Shown: positions 9,786 through 18,872 of the stretch, piece by piece
Layout: each line of letters opens with the position of its first letter
How positions within the stretch are numbered: position 1 is the stretch's first letter
Source of the DNA: an uncultured Verrucomicrobiae bacterium
GTDB taxonomy: Bacteria > Chlamydiota > Chlamydiia > Chlamydiales > Rhabdochlamydiaceae
DNA length: 64,000 nucleotides
Direction of reading: 5' to 3'
Assembly (NCBI GenBank): GCA_963806855.1
Contig: CAWDYW010000001.1
Span: forward strand, 416,001 to 480,000
Translations under genes and position numbers: made by a program
The notes under the pieces: generated by a model
Database searches by the model: none
The model's input: only the letters and a program-made list of their open reading frames with translations
Told to the model about the DNA's origin: nothing

Positions 9786-9814
9786 AGTGTACAAATCGAA
9801 GCGATTGATGAGAA
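9786..9814 (-). promoter_or_regulatory. Sigma66/70-like promoter, copy 2
   Basis: TTCTCA-N17-TACACT, identical to copy 1. Confidence 0.55.
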
Positions 9815-9914
9815 GAAAAAATGTTAGACTGTTGAGTAGTGCGATAATAGGGCGGCGGAAGCCAAATCGCATCGTAAATGGACATCTTTGCATCCGTCGC
9901 GCGCAACTCCTAGT

Positions 9915-12236
9915 TTACTGAGCACCATTATCAGAATTGTAGGCTGGGAGATATCGGACCCCTCCCCTCTCCAGCATCTTGCGCTTTGGCAAATTCTCCG
10001 ACATTCCACAATCATCAGTCTCTTCACTATCAACAGTATATATTTCAAAATCGGAATAAAATTGATCCAAGCACTCATGAGCCTTTACTAGTCGCTCTGC
10101 TGTAATAGGTTTTTCGGTATCTTTGAGTTGCCTAAAAAGCTCAACGATCCCTCTTCGCAAATCAGCAGTGAGATCACCTTTCGCTATTAGGGCAGGAAGC
10201 AGCGTTTCAAACTGCTCAGGGGTGATCGCTTGTAGGAAAGTCGTCGTATAATTGATATAATCTTTTAGTCCATACTTGGCAGAGAAATCCTGGTCTCCTA
10301 ACAATTCCAGGATCCGATTTCTTCCGCCAAAGCAAGCTTTGATATCTTCGAGATCTTGTTTCTTTGTGAGATCTCTGATGATGCGATTGTTGACTAAAAG
10401 GTTAATGATCGTATCGGCTTTAAAATCTCTGATATTGATTAAATCAGTGATAAATTTTGTAAACGCGTTCGGCTGTTTTGTCATCTCAAAGGCAACTCGA
10501 GGAAAATAATCTGAAACTAGATTCTTAAGAGCTTGAAGTTGAGGTCTTAAATGCTCCTCACAGTGGCGGCTTGATTCTAGAATGCGTTTTATCTCGTTAC
10601 AGAAACTGATGATGACTCCACCCACAGTCGGAATATTGTGTTTGAGGAGGTCTGCAGCACCGTTAGCTATTAAGTTATCCTGAGTGACATCCGCCCACAT
10701 GAGAACGAGGGCTTTGGTAACTGCAGCAGCTTGATCTCGCACCCTTCCCATGAGTCCCATTTGTTGGAGCTCTTTATTTAGCGCTATGCAGAACGATTTA
10801 TTCCTCTTGTTTTCGTCAATGAGTTGCTGTACTTCGGTTGGATCATAAAAAGCGGCTTGGACACAAGCATTTAAATTTTCTTGAAAATGCGCAGCAAAAT
10901 CATGTGCGTTGGCTTTTGAATCATCGAACATCCTATGAACGGTATCAAAAGCAAAAGTCTTTTTACTATCATCAGTATATATTTCAAAATCGGAATAAAG
11001 TTGATGCAAGCACTCGAGAGTCTTTCCTAGTCGCTCTTCTGAAATGGGTTCTTCAGTATTTTTGATTTGCCTAAAGAGCTCAACGACCCCTATTCGCAAA
11101 TCAGCATTCATATCACCTTTCGCTATTAGGGCAGGAAGCAGTATTTCAAACTGCTCAGGGGTGATCGCTTGTAGGAAGGTCGTCGTATAATTGATATAAT
11201 CTTTTAGTCCATACTTGGCAGCGAAATACTGGTCTCTTAACAAATCCTGAATCTGATTTTTTGGGCCAAAGCAAGCTCTGATATCTTCGAGATCTTGTTT
11301 CTTTGTTAGATCTCTGATGATGCGATTGTTGACTAAAAGGTTAATTATCGTCTCAGCTTTAAAATCCCTGATATTGATTAAATCAGTGATAAATTTTGTA
11401 AACGCGCTCGGCTGTTTTGTCATCTCAAAGGCAACTCGAGGAAAATAATCTGAAACTAGATTCTTAAGAGCTTGAAGTTGAGGTCTTAAATGTTCGTCAC
11501 AGTCGCGGCTTGATTCTAGAATGCGTTTCATCTTGTTACAGAAACTGATGATGACTCTGCCCACGATCAGGATATTGTGTTTGAGAAGGTCTGAAGCACC
11601 GTTAGCTATTAAGTTATCCTGAGTGATATCCTCCCATATGAGATCGATGGCTTTGGTAACCGCTGCAGTTTGATCTCGCAGCCTTCCCTTGAGTTCCATT
11701 TGTTGGAGCTCTTTATTTAGCGCTTTGCAGAACGATTCATAGTTCATCCTGTTCTCGGCAATGAGTTGCTGTACTTTGGTTGAATCATAAAAAGCGGCTT
11801 GGACACAAGCGTTCAAATTTTCTTGAAAATGCGCAGCAAAATCTCGTGCGTTGTCTTTTGAATCATTGAACATCCTACGAATGATATCAAAAGCAATTGC
11901 CTTTTTTCTTTCATTTGCTAATGGGTCTCTTATTGCAGGAGCAACGAAACCGAAGTCCTCAGGAATTTGTTCGGGAGCTATGTTGCGAGTTTTTTGTTGA
12001 TACACCCTTGTCCAATAATAAGCTGCACTTGTTCCAAGCACTAGCCCAATTGCCCTAAAGAGTTTAACATTAGTTGAGGTCTGGTTTGCTAAACTTAAGG
12101 CGACCGATGCCACGCTTCCTAAAGTTGTTCCAACCGCTGATATAATCCTCCATCTACGGTCAGAGTTGGTAACAGGAAGTTGTTCTTGCGCAAGTAAAGG
12201 TTCTCTATCTCCAACTCTTTGCATGCCTACTCTCAT
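9915..12236 (-). CDS. Inc-like putative effector with two tandem copies of an unknown ~310-aa helical domain
   Basis: Bilobed hydrophobic N-terminus. Internal duplication of FAAHFQENLNACVQAAFYD...YINYTTTFLQAIT with a period of about 940 bp. Confidence 0.8.
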   Translation of the reverse strand: MRVGMQRVGDREPLLAQEQLPVTNSDRRWRIISAVGTTLGSVASVALSLANQTSTNVKLFRAIGLVLGTSAAYYWTRVYQQKTRNIAPEQIPEDFGFVAPAIRDPLANERKKAIAFDIIRRMFNDSKDNARDFAAHFQENLNACVQAAFYDSTKVQQLIAENRMNYESFCKALNKELQQMELKGRLRDQTAAVTKAIDLIWEDITQDNLIANGASDLLKHNILIVGRVIISFCNKMKRILESSRDCDEHLRPQLQALKNLVSDYFPRVAFEMTKQPSAFTKFITDLINIRDFKAETIINLLVNNRIIRDLTKKQDLEDIRACFGPKNQIQDLLRDQYFAAKYGLKDYINYTTTFLQAITPEQFEILLPALIAKGDMNADLRIGVVELFRQIKNTEEPISEERLGKTLECLHQLYSDFEIYTDDSKKTFAFDTVHRMFDDSKANAHDFAAHFQENLNACVQAAFYDPTEVQQLIDENKRNKSFCIALNKELQQMGLMGRVRDQAAAVTKALVLMWADVTQDNLIANGAADLLKHNIPTVGGVIISFCNEIKRILESSRHCEEHLRPQLQALKNLVSDYFPRVAFEMTKQPNAFTKFITDLINIRDFKADTIINLLVNNRIIRDLTKKQDLEDIKACFGGRNRILELLGDQDFSAKYGLKDYINYTTTFLQAITPEQFETLLPALIAKGDLTADLRRGIVELFRQLKDTEKPITAERLVKAHECLDQFYSDFEIYTVDSEETDDCGMSENLPKRKMLERGGVRYLPAYNSDNGAQ

Positions 12237-12264
12237 TTCAATTCTCCAATTTAATTATGCGTAT

Positions 12265-12293
12265 AGTTTACTAATCGAAGCGATTGATGAGAA
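12265..12293 (-). promoter_or_regulatory. Sigma66/70-like promoter, copy 3
   Basis: TTCTCA-N17-TAAACT. Confidence 0.55.
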
Positions 12294-12302
12294 GGAAAAA
12301 TG

Positions 12303-13391
12303 TTAGACTGTTGCGTACAGTGAGAGTTTGACTGCTGCATCGTAGACTGCGTCGGGCCCGATTTGGTAGAGGCAGAAGGGCTCTGCGCATGGTTTGCCAA
12401 GGCAGGGGCGGCAGGTTTTGCGCACCGACAAGGCGATGGCATTTTGCACATGAAAGGGGCCGCAGAGGTTGGGGTCGGTGGGGCCAAAGAGGGCGACGGT
12501 GGGGGTTTTGGCAGCAAAGGCCAGGTGCATCGGACCGGTGTCGTTGGTGATGAAGAGGGTCATTTTTTTGAGTAGGGCGGTGAAGGTGGAGAGATTGAGT
12601 TCGCCAGCAATCGGGATGGCGCCGGGGATCTTGGAGGCGATGTCGAGAATGAGAAGGGCTTCGGAGCGGTCGCCGCTGATGAGGATCTGGCAGCCGAGGT
12701 GTTGGACTAGTCTGCGGCCCACTTCGACGAAGCACTCGGGCGGCCACTGCTTAAATGTGTTTTTGGCGCCTGGGTGAAGGCCGATGAGGGGAATGTGCTG
12801 CGGGATCCCATGTGTCTCGAGAAAACGGCGCGCCGCATGCTCTTCTTCTTTGCGGAGCATCATCTCGAGGCTGAAATCGGCAATGTGGGCTCCGACCTCT
12901 TTGACGATATCAAGACGGCGGGCAATTTCGTGCTGATAGCTCTTTTTGAGGGCCTTGGTCAGCAAAAAGTCGAGGTCTTTGTTGATGCCGGCTGTTCCGA
13001 TCATCTGGGGAGCTTCGAGCATCGCGCAAATGGGGAGGACGAGCCGTTGCGATGTATGGAAAATAAGCACCGCATCAAATTGCCGTTTTTTCAGTGTCCG
13101 TAGATGGCGCAAAAGGGAGATGAGGGTGGAAGAGTTGAGGACGAAAAACTCGTCAATGTGCTTATTGTGCTCGAGGACTTGATAGCCGATTTCGGAGGTG
13201 AGGACGGCGATCGTGCTTTCGGGGAAGGTTTGGCGCAAGGAGCGGATCGCGGGGGTCCCCCAGAGGGTGTCGCCCAGGCCGGTCGTTGAAACGATCAGAA
13301 ATTTGCTGGGGGTTGCTTCATGACGGGGGCGCGTCTCTGCAGGATTAAATGCCCAGAGGAGGGCTTTGATTAATTTGTTTTTCCAACCCAT
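12303..13391 (-). CDS. Glycosyltransferase family 9 (heptosyltransferase-like)
   Basis: STTGLGDTL, GLHPGA..KQWP, ITNDTGPMHLA and LFGPTDP motifs. Likely start ATG 13391; the frame stays open to 13586 through a palindrome. Confidence 0.92.
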   Translation of the reverse strand: MGWKNKLIKALLWAFNPAETRPRHEATPSKFLIVSTTGLGDTLWGTPAIRSLRQTFPESTIAVLTSEIGYQVLEHNKHIDEFFVLNSSTLISLLRHLRTLKKRQFDAVLIFHTSQRLVLPICAMLEAPQMIGTAGINKDLDFLLTKALKKSYQHEIARRLDIVKEVGAHIADFSLEMMLRKEEEHAARRFLETHGIPQHIPLIGLHPGAKNTFKQWPPECFVEVGRRLVQHLGCQILISGDRSEALLILDIASKIPGAIPIAGELNLSTFTALLKKMTLFITNDTGPMHLAFAAKTPTVALFGPTDPNLCGPFHVQNAIALSVRKTCRPCLGKPCAEPFCLYQIGPDAVYDAAVKLSLYATV

Positions 13392-13411
13392 GGGCAAAAG
13401 TATAGACGAAC

Positions 13412-13578
13412 TGGGGCATGTCGTCAAATTTCGAGTGGCTGAATTCGAGATTATTTTCTCCCTAGGATGCGATAGCAGAGCGGGGGTAATATTAGCAGAT
13501 ATAACCCCCGCTTTGCTATTGCATCCTAGGGGAAAAGAACTCGAATTCAGCAGACTCGGAATTTGACGACACGCCCTA
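13412..13578. repeat. ~167-bp near-perfect palindromic element (MITE-like)
   Basis: GGGCATGTCGTCAAATT...CCTAGGATGCGATAGCAGAGCGGGGGTAATAT / ATATAACCCCCGCTTTGCTATTGCATCCTAGG...AATTTGACGACACGCCC. Confidence 0.88.
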
Positions 13579-14547
13579 ATCCACAATTAAAACGATTTTC
13601 CCAAATGCTTGACTCTGAGTGAGTTTCTCATGGGATAACTCTGCCTCTTTCCAAGAGTGGGTAGACTGGATAATGGGTTTTAAGGTCCCTCGCTCAAAAC
13701 GGGGGAGGGCAAAACGGCTGAATTCGGCGATCAGTTTTTCGATGTATTCGATGGGGCGGTTGCGCAAAGTGGTGCCCGACAGGGTGGCCCATTTTTTCAT
13801 GAGAAGTCTTATGTCAAATTGCTCCACGGTCCCTCCGCCTAAGGTCGCAATGGAGACCATCGCCCCGCCGATCGCTAATGCTTCGAGATTCTCATGGAAA
13901 TAGGGAGCGCCGATGAAATCGAGGATCAGATCTGCTCCATGGCTATCTGTCACCTCATGGACTTTCTTGGCAAATTTGCCATCGGAGGCATTGATCACGG
14001 CATCAGCTCCGAGCTCTAAACACTTCTCGAGTTTATCCTTTGAGCGGCTTGTCCCAATTGTCTTTGCATCGGAGGCTTTGGCCAATTGGATCGCAGCAGT
14101 TCCGACGCCGCTGCCGGCAGCATGGATGAGGACCCACTGCATTGGCTGCAGCTCTCCGATAGTGAAGAGAGCTCCATAGGCTGTGAGGAACACTTCCGGG
14201 ATGGCTGCCGCTTTTTCGAAGGAGAGATTTTTGGGAATTGGCATGCAGCGGGCCTGATGGACCACCACCTTTTCGGCGTATCCACCCCCAGGGAGTAGGC
14301 ACATCACCTTGTCGCCTATTTTGAAGGAGGATTCATGAGAGCCTACTTGCTCGACGATCCCTGCCGCTTCGAGTCCCAAGATAGGGGATGCGCCGGTAGG
14401 CGGGGGGTACTGCCCTTTACGCTGCAGCAGATCGGCATGATTGATGCCGAAGGCCTTGATCGAAACGAGGACCTCCTCCAAACCGGGTTTGGGATCGGCA
14501 ACCTCTTCGAGAATGAGGCGATTTTGTTTTACTATTAAAGCACGCAT
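13576..14547 (-). CDS. NAD(P)H-quinone oxidoreductase (zeta-crystallin/PIG3 family)
   Basis: GINHADLLQRKGQYPPP, LGLEAAG and HAAGSGVGTAAIQ motifs. Confidence 0.93.
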   Translation of the reverse strand: MRALIVKQNRLILEEVADPKPGLEEVLVSIKAFGINHADLLQRKGQYPPPTGASPILGLEAAGIVEQVGSHESSFKIGDKVMCLLPGGGYAEKVVVHQARCMPIPKNLSFEKAAAIPEVFLTAYGALFTIGELQPMQWVLIHAAGSGVGTAAIQLAKASDAKTIGTSRSKDKLEKCLELGADAVINASDGKFAKKVHEVTDSHGADLILDFIGAPYFHENLEALAIGGAMVSIATLGGGTVEQFDIRLLMKKWATLSGTTLRNRPIEYIEKLIAEFSRFALPRFERGTLKPIIQSTHSWKEAELSHEKLTQSQAFGKIVLIVD

Positions 14548-14562
14548 TAACTTCTATATAAC

Positions 14563-15375
14563 TTAGAGAATGCTTTTTAGGAAGGCTTCGATCTGCGATT
14601 CGAGACCGGCAACCGGCTTGCCCTCGGCAGAGAGGCCCCATTTTTGCAGGAGTTTGTCGTATTCCCCACTTTTTTTGTATGCGGCGAGCCCTTGATTAAA
14701 ACGGTGAATTAACTTGGGGGCGGCATTGTGAAGAGTGATGAGTCTTAATCCATCATCGTTCAAAGGAGGGGCGATGATCTTCAGTGTCTGAGGGTAAAAA
14801 TTGCGCATGTAATCTTGTGCGATAATTGCATCGACGGCCGCCGCTTCGATTTGCTCATCAGCCAGATTGGCAAGAGCGTCGGCGATTGAGTCGTAATTGC
14901 GTAGGATAACACCAGGAGCAGATTCGAGCAGCAGCGCTGCTGAAGAGCCTTTGACGATGCCCACTGCTTTGTCTTGAAGCTGTTTGGCGCTCTTGATTGT
15001 AGAATTGGCTGGTACGACTAAAACTGGCCCAGTCATCAGATAGGGATCGGAGAAGGAGTAGGCCTTGAGATTGAAATTATAGCGAGGCATTGAGGCCAAA
15101 ATCGCATCGTATTTTTTTTCATTCAATCCTTGAACAAGGTTATTCCAATTCGCACTTGTGATCGCTAATTGAAGATGCTCCTTTTTGGCGATTTCGACGA
15201 GGAGTTCAACCGAAAATGCCAGGATATTTTTCTCTTGGCCAGGAACCTGAAGAGGATACCAGGAAGTGTCGATGCCGATTTCATATCCCGAACGATTTTT
15301 TTTACTGCTGCAGCTGCATACGGCAAGCGCACACAGCAGCAGTAGTAATAAGTGAGGATAATGTTTTGCCCTCAT
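14563..15375 (-). CDS. Polar amino-acid ABC transporter substrate-binding lipoprotein (SBP family 3)
   Basis: Lipobox; IGIDTSWYP, YSFSDPYL and SGEYDKLLQKW motifs. Confidence 0.88.
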   Translation of the reverse strand: MRAKHYPHLLLLLLCALAVCSCSSKKNRSGYEIGIDTSWYPLQVPGQEKNILAFSVELLVEIAKKEHLQLAITSANWNNLVQGLNEKKYDAILASMPRYNFNLKAYSFSDPYLMTGPVLVVPANSTIKSAKQLQDKAVGIVKGSSAALLLESAPGVILRNYDSIADALANLADEQIEAAAVDAIIAQDYMRNFYPQTLKIIAPPLNDDGLRLITLHNAAPKLIHRFNQGLAAYKKSGEYDKLLQKWGLSAEGKPVAGLESQIEAFLKSIL

Positions 15376-16526
15376 TACCTTCTGTCTCTTTCATCTACAT
15401 GATGGTAGTCTTCAAAACTGTTATAAAGGTCTTGCAAACAATCGAGAGCATTTTTTAGCCGCTTTTCTGAAATGGGTTCTTCGGTATTTTTGATTTGCCT
15501 AAAGAGATCAACAACCCCTTTTCGTAAATCAGCATTGAGATCTTTCGGTATGAGGGCAGGAAGCAGTATTTCAAACTGCTCAACTGTGATTGCTTGTAGG
15601 AAGGTCGTCGTATAATTGATATGAGGTTTTATTCCATACTTTGGAGCATCGTCCTCCAGAGATAACATATTCAGGATCCCCACTTGTTTGCCAAAGCAAG
15701 CTCTGATATCTTCGTGGTCCTGCTTCTTGGTTAGCTCTCTGATGATGCGATTATCGGTTAAATGTTTAATGATTGTGTCAGCTTTAAAATCTCTGATATT
15801 GATTAAATCAGTGACAAACTTCGTAAACGCACTCGGCTGTTTAGTCATTTCACGGGCAATGTCAGGTATATAATTTGAAACTAGATTCTTAAGAGCTTGA
15901 AGTTGAGGTCTTAGATTTTCGTCACAGCCGCGGCTTGATTCTAAAATGAATTTTATCTCGTTACAGAAACTAATGATGACTTTGCCCAATGTTGGGATAT
16001 TGTGTTTGAATTGATCTACGCCACCTTTTAAGTTATCCTGAGTGACATCTTCCCACATGAGACGGATTGCTGTAATAACTGCCGCTTTTTGATCTTGCAG
16101 CTTTCCCATGAGGCTCTCTGCGCGCAGTTCCTTATTTAACTTTTTGCAGAAATCTTTATACACCCCCTTGTTCTTATCAAGAAGTTTTGTCACCTTCTCT
16201 GGGTCATAAAATGCCGCTTGGATGCATGCGTTCAAATTTTCCTGAAAATTTTTAGCAAATTCCTTTGCTTGCCCTTTATAAGGGGAAAACATCTCTTCGA
16301 TAATCTCGAGTTTAGAGGGTTCGATGGCGCAAAAACTGAAAAGTTCAAAGATTGCGTTATAAATTTTAGTCAATACTGCTTTCACCCATGCCCCTATTCC
16401 CCCCCCTCTCTTAGGAGTAGAAGATGCGACTAGCGTATCGCGGGGCTGCTCAGTTGAAAAGCTGACAGGAAGGATATCTGCTACTAGCGGTGCTTCGGTT
16501 GGGCGGTTAGATCTTTCGATTTGCAT
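15375..16526 (-). CDS. Putative effector carrying a fourth copy of the unknown ~310-aa domain with a different N-terminus
   Basis: FQENLNACIQAAFYDP...LRPQLQALKNLVS...INYTTTFLQAIT shared with 8463-12236. Confidence 0.8.
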   Translation of the reverse strand: MQIERSNRPTEAPLVADILPVSFSTEQPRDTLVASSTPKRGGGIGAWVKAVLTKIYNAIFELFSFCAIEPSKLEIIEEMFSPYKGQAKEFAKNFQENLNACIQAAFYDPEKVTKLLDKNKGVYKDFCKKLNKELRAESLMGKLQDQKAAVITAIRLMWEDVTQDNLKGGVDQFKHNIPTLGKVIISFCNEIKFILESSRGCDENLRPQLQALKNLVSNYIPDIAREMTKQPSAFTKFVTDLINIRDFKADTIIKHLTDNRIIRELTKKQDHEDIRACFGKQVGILNMLSLEDDAPKYGIKPHINYTTTFLQAITVEQFEILLPALIPKDLNADLRKGVVDLFRQIKNTEEPISEKRLKNALDCLQDLYNSFEDYHHVDERDRR

Positions 16527-16606
16527 GTTGTGCTCCTGGTTATGTTAAAGAAAAAATAAGATATAGCCATAGGGATTTTTTCACAAGATTAAAATTTGAA
16601 TTTTTT

Positions 16607-18031
16607 TTATGCGAGCAGGGCTCTAAGGACGAAATAACAAAGAATGCTCATTATGGCACTCGCCGGAATGGTGATGATCCATGACATGGCGATTTCGCGT
16701 ATGGTGCGCAAGTTAATCGCCCGGATTCCCCCAGCTAATCCGACGCCGAGGACGGCGCCAACTAAACAGTGGGTCGTCGAAATGGGGAGGCCCATTTTTG
16801 AGGCGATGAGGATGGTAATCGCGGCGCCGAACTCGGCAGAGAAGCCGCGGGTTGGAGTAAGCTCTGTAATTTTGCGGCCGATCGTTTCGATGACTCGCCA
16901 GCCCCAAGTTGCAAGGCCGATCACGATCCCCAAGCCTCCGAAGGCGAGCAGCCAGGAAGGGACGGGGGCTGCAGAGGCGAGGACGCCGTGCTTGATGGTC
17001 TCAATGACCGAGGCGACAGGCGCAATCGCATTGGCAACATCGTTGGCTCCGTGGGCAAATGCGACAAAGCAGGCGCTGATGATCTGCATGAAACCAAATG
17101 CCTTTTCGACGAAGCTATACTCTGAGGTGCGGGTGTCGAAACCGGTCTCTTGTCTTAAGTCCCCTTTCAGTGAGTGCATCTGTTCGAGCAGATTGGTCAC
17201 TTTATCATGGGTGGGGTCGATTGAGGTCGACCGGACTCTGCGCATGTGCTTGATCGCTTTGTCTAAGCTGATGAGGGTTTGGGGCAGAATCAATGAGGAG
17301 GTCGTTTGCGGAGCTTCAGGTGCTGGAAGTCGTCTGACGATGAGCAATCCAGCGCCGGAGGCGATCAGGCCGACGACAACGCTAATGAGGGCTGCCTGGA
17401 AAAAGTTTAATTGTAGATCGATCCGGCCCAGTCCATTGAAAAGAAGGCTTAAGGTAAAGGTGAAGAAGACGAAGAAGAGGTAGATGGGGATATGCCGTTT
17501 TGTTGCCTGAGCGGGATTGAGAGTGAAGAGGATCTGCCGTTCGAGGATCCTAAAGATGGCGTAGGAGATCACGCCGCTGAGTAGGGGAGAAATGACCCAG
17601 CTAAGGGCGATTTCGCCGATTTTGCCCCATTCTATTCCAGTAAAGCCGAGTGTCAAAATGCCAAAGCCTAAAATCGCTCCGATAATGGCGTGGGTGGTCG
17701 AAACGGGGAGCCCAAAATAGGAGGCAAATTGGAGCCAAAGGCCGGTTCCGAGCAGGGCGCCGCACATGCCGAAAATCAAGGTGTTTGGAGTCGAGGCGAA
17801 TTGGGTGATATCGATGAGCTGTCCCTGCATCGTTTCCGAGACAGTTCCTCCGACGAAAAAGGCGCCGCAAAATTCGAGGATGGCGGCGATGATCACTGCC
17901 CGTCGCAGGGTCAATGCCCCAGAGCCGACCGAGGTCCCCATCGCATTGGAGACATCGTTGGCTCCGATATTCCAGGCCATATAGAACCCTACTAGCAGGA
18001 CAACGATTGTTAAAAGGGTTTCAACTTCCAT
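16607..18031 (-). CDS. Inorganic phosphate transporter, PiT family
   Basis: Two GANDVxNA signatures and two PxSTTH motifs. Confidence 0.95.
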   Translation of the reverse strand: MEVETLLTIVVLLVGFYMAWNIGANDVSNAMGTSVGSGALTLRRAVIIAAILEFCGAFFVGGTVSETMQGQLIDITQFASTPNTLIFGMCGALLGTGLWLQFASYFGLPVSTTHAIIGAILGFGILTLGFTGIEWGKIGEIALSWVISPLLSGVISYAIFRILERQILFTLNPAQATKRHIPIYLFFVFFTFTLSLLFNGLGRIDLQLNFFQAALISVVVGLIASGAGLLIVRRLPAPEAPQTTSSLILPQTLISLDKAIKHMRRVRSTSIDPTHDKVTNLLEQMHSLKGDLRQETGFDTRTSEYSFVEKAFGFMQIISACFVAFAHGANDVANAIAPVASVIETIKHGVLASAAPVPSWLLAFGGLGIVIGLATWGWRVIETIGRKITELTPTRGFSAEFGAAITILIASKMGLPISTTHCLVGAVLGVGLAGGIRAINLRTIREIAMSWIITIPASAIMSILCYFVLRALLA

Positions 18032-18037
18032 TGGCGA

Positions 18038-18712
18038 TTATTTGAGTTCTAAAACCATCCGAATTCTGTTGGCCAGTTTTTCGGAGCGTTGAGCTATAGC
18101 TCCGATATCTTCTACCAGGCGGAGCCAGTGATGAAAAGCGGGGGCTGAGAGCTGTTCCCCCTCATTAAACAGTTTTTTTAGGAGCTGTTGCTTCTGCTTC
18201 TGAGCTTGATGCTCTTTAAAGGCAGTTTCCTCCACCATGATTTTCACTTTTTCCGCTTCGATTCCCCCAAAGGCAGCCTCGAGCAGTTCGTCTATCTCTT
18301 CGATGATCCGCTTAGCATCCCAAAACACTTCGGCCGATTTGACGAAAAATGCGGTTAATCTCTCTTGATAGTGCTCGTAATCAGCAAGAGGGCGGAGCGC
18401 CAAGGTGATTCCTACCGCTTCGGCCATGTCGGCGATCGAATCTTGGATTGCCAAAATTTCTAAGAAATGGCCCCGATCGATCGGCATGAAGAGGCTCTTA
18501 GGAAGGTGGTTGCGGATGTCGTTTTTGGTCAGATCGGCTTCATGTTCGAGCTGCGAGAGCTCCTGAGCTAGCCGTTCGATCTTATCGGTCTCTTTGTTGA
18601 CGAGAGATTCGAAAATCTTGGTCAGTTTCTCCATGCAGCTGGCCACCCTGTTCATGTGCGTTTGCAGCGGGGCAAAGGGCGATTTTCCAAACAGGCGAGC
18701 GATGGTCAACAT
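18038..18712 (-). CDS. DUF47/TIGR00153 phosphate-transport regulator (PhoU-like)
   Basis: LFGKSPFAPLQTH, EHEADLTKNDIR and QDSIAD; adjacent to PiT. Confidence 0.92.
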   Translation of the reverse strand: MLTIARLFGKSPFAPLQTHMNRVASCMEKLTKIFESLVNKETDKIERLAQELSQLEHEADLTKNDIRNHLPKSLFMPIDRGHFLEILAIQDSIADMAEAVGITLALRPLADYEHYQERLTAFFVKSAEVFWDAKRIIEEIDELLEAAFGGIEAEKVKIMVEETAFKEHQAQKQKQQLLKKLFNEGEQLSAPAFHHWLRLVEDIGAIAQRSEKLANRIRMVLELK

Positions 18713-18872
18713 ATGTCAGTATGGTATGGGATTTGGCGATTTTTTGAATACGTCGAAAATTAATCACTTGATCAAAAATCGACATCAAATATACGATATT
18801 GAACGTTCAATCGATTCGAGCATCAAAAACAGACAAAAATACAAAACCAAAACGCCTTAAGAGGATAGAGGA

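Noticed and set aside
16644..17483. 279-aa + strand ORF
   Set aside because: Antisense shadow of the PiT transporter.
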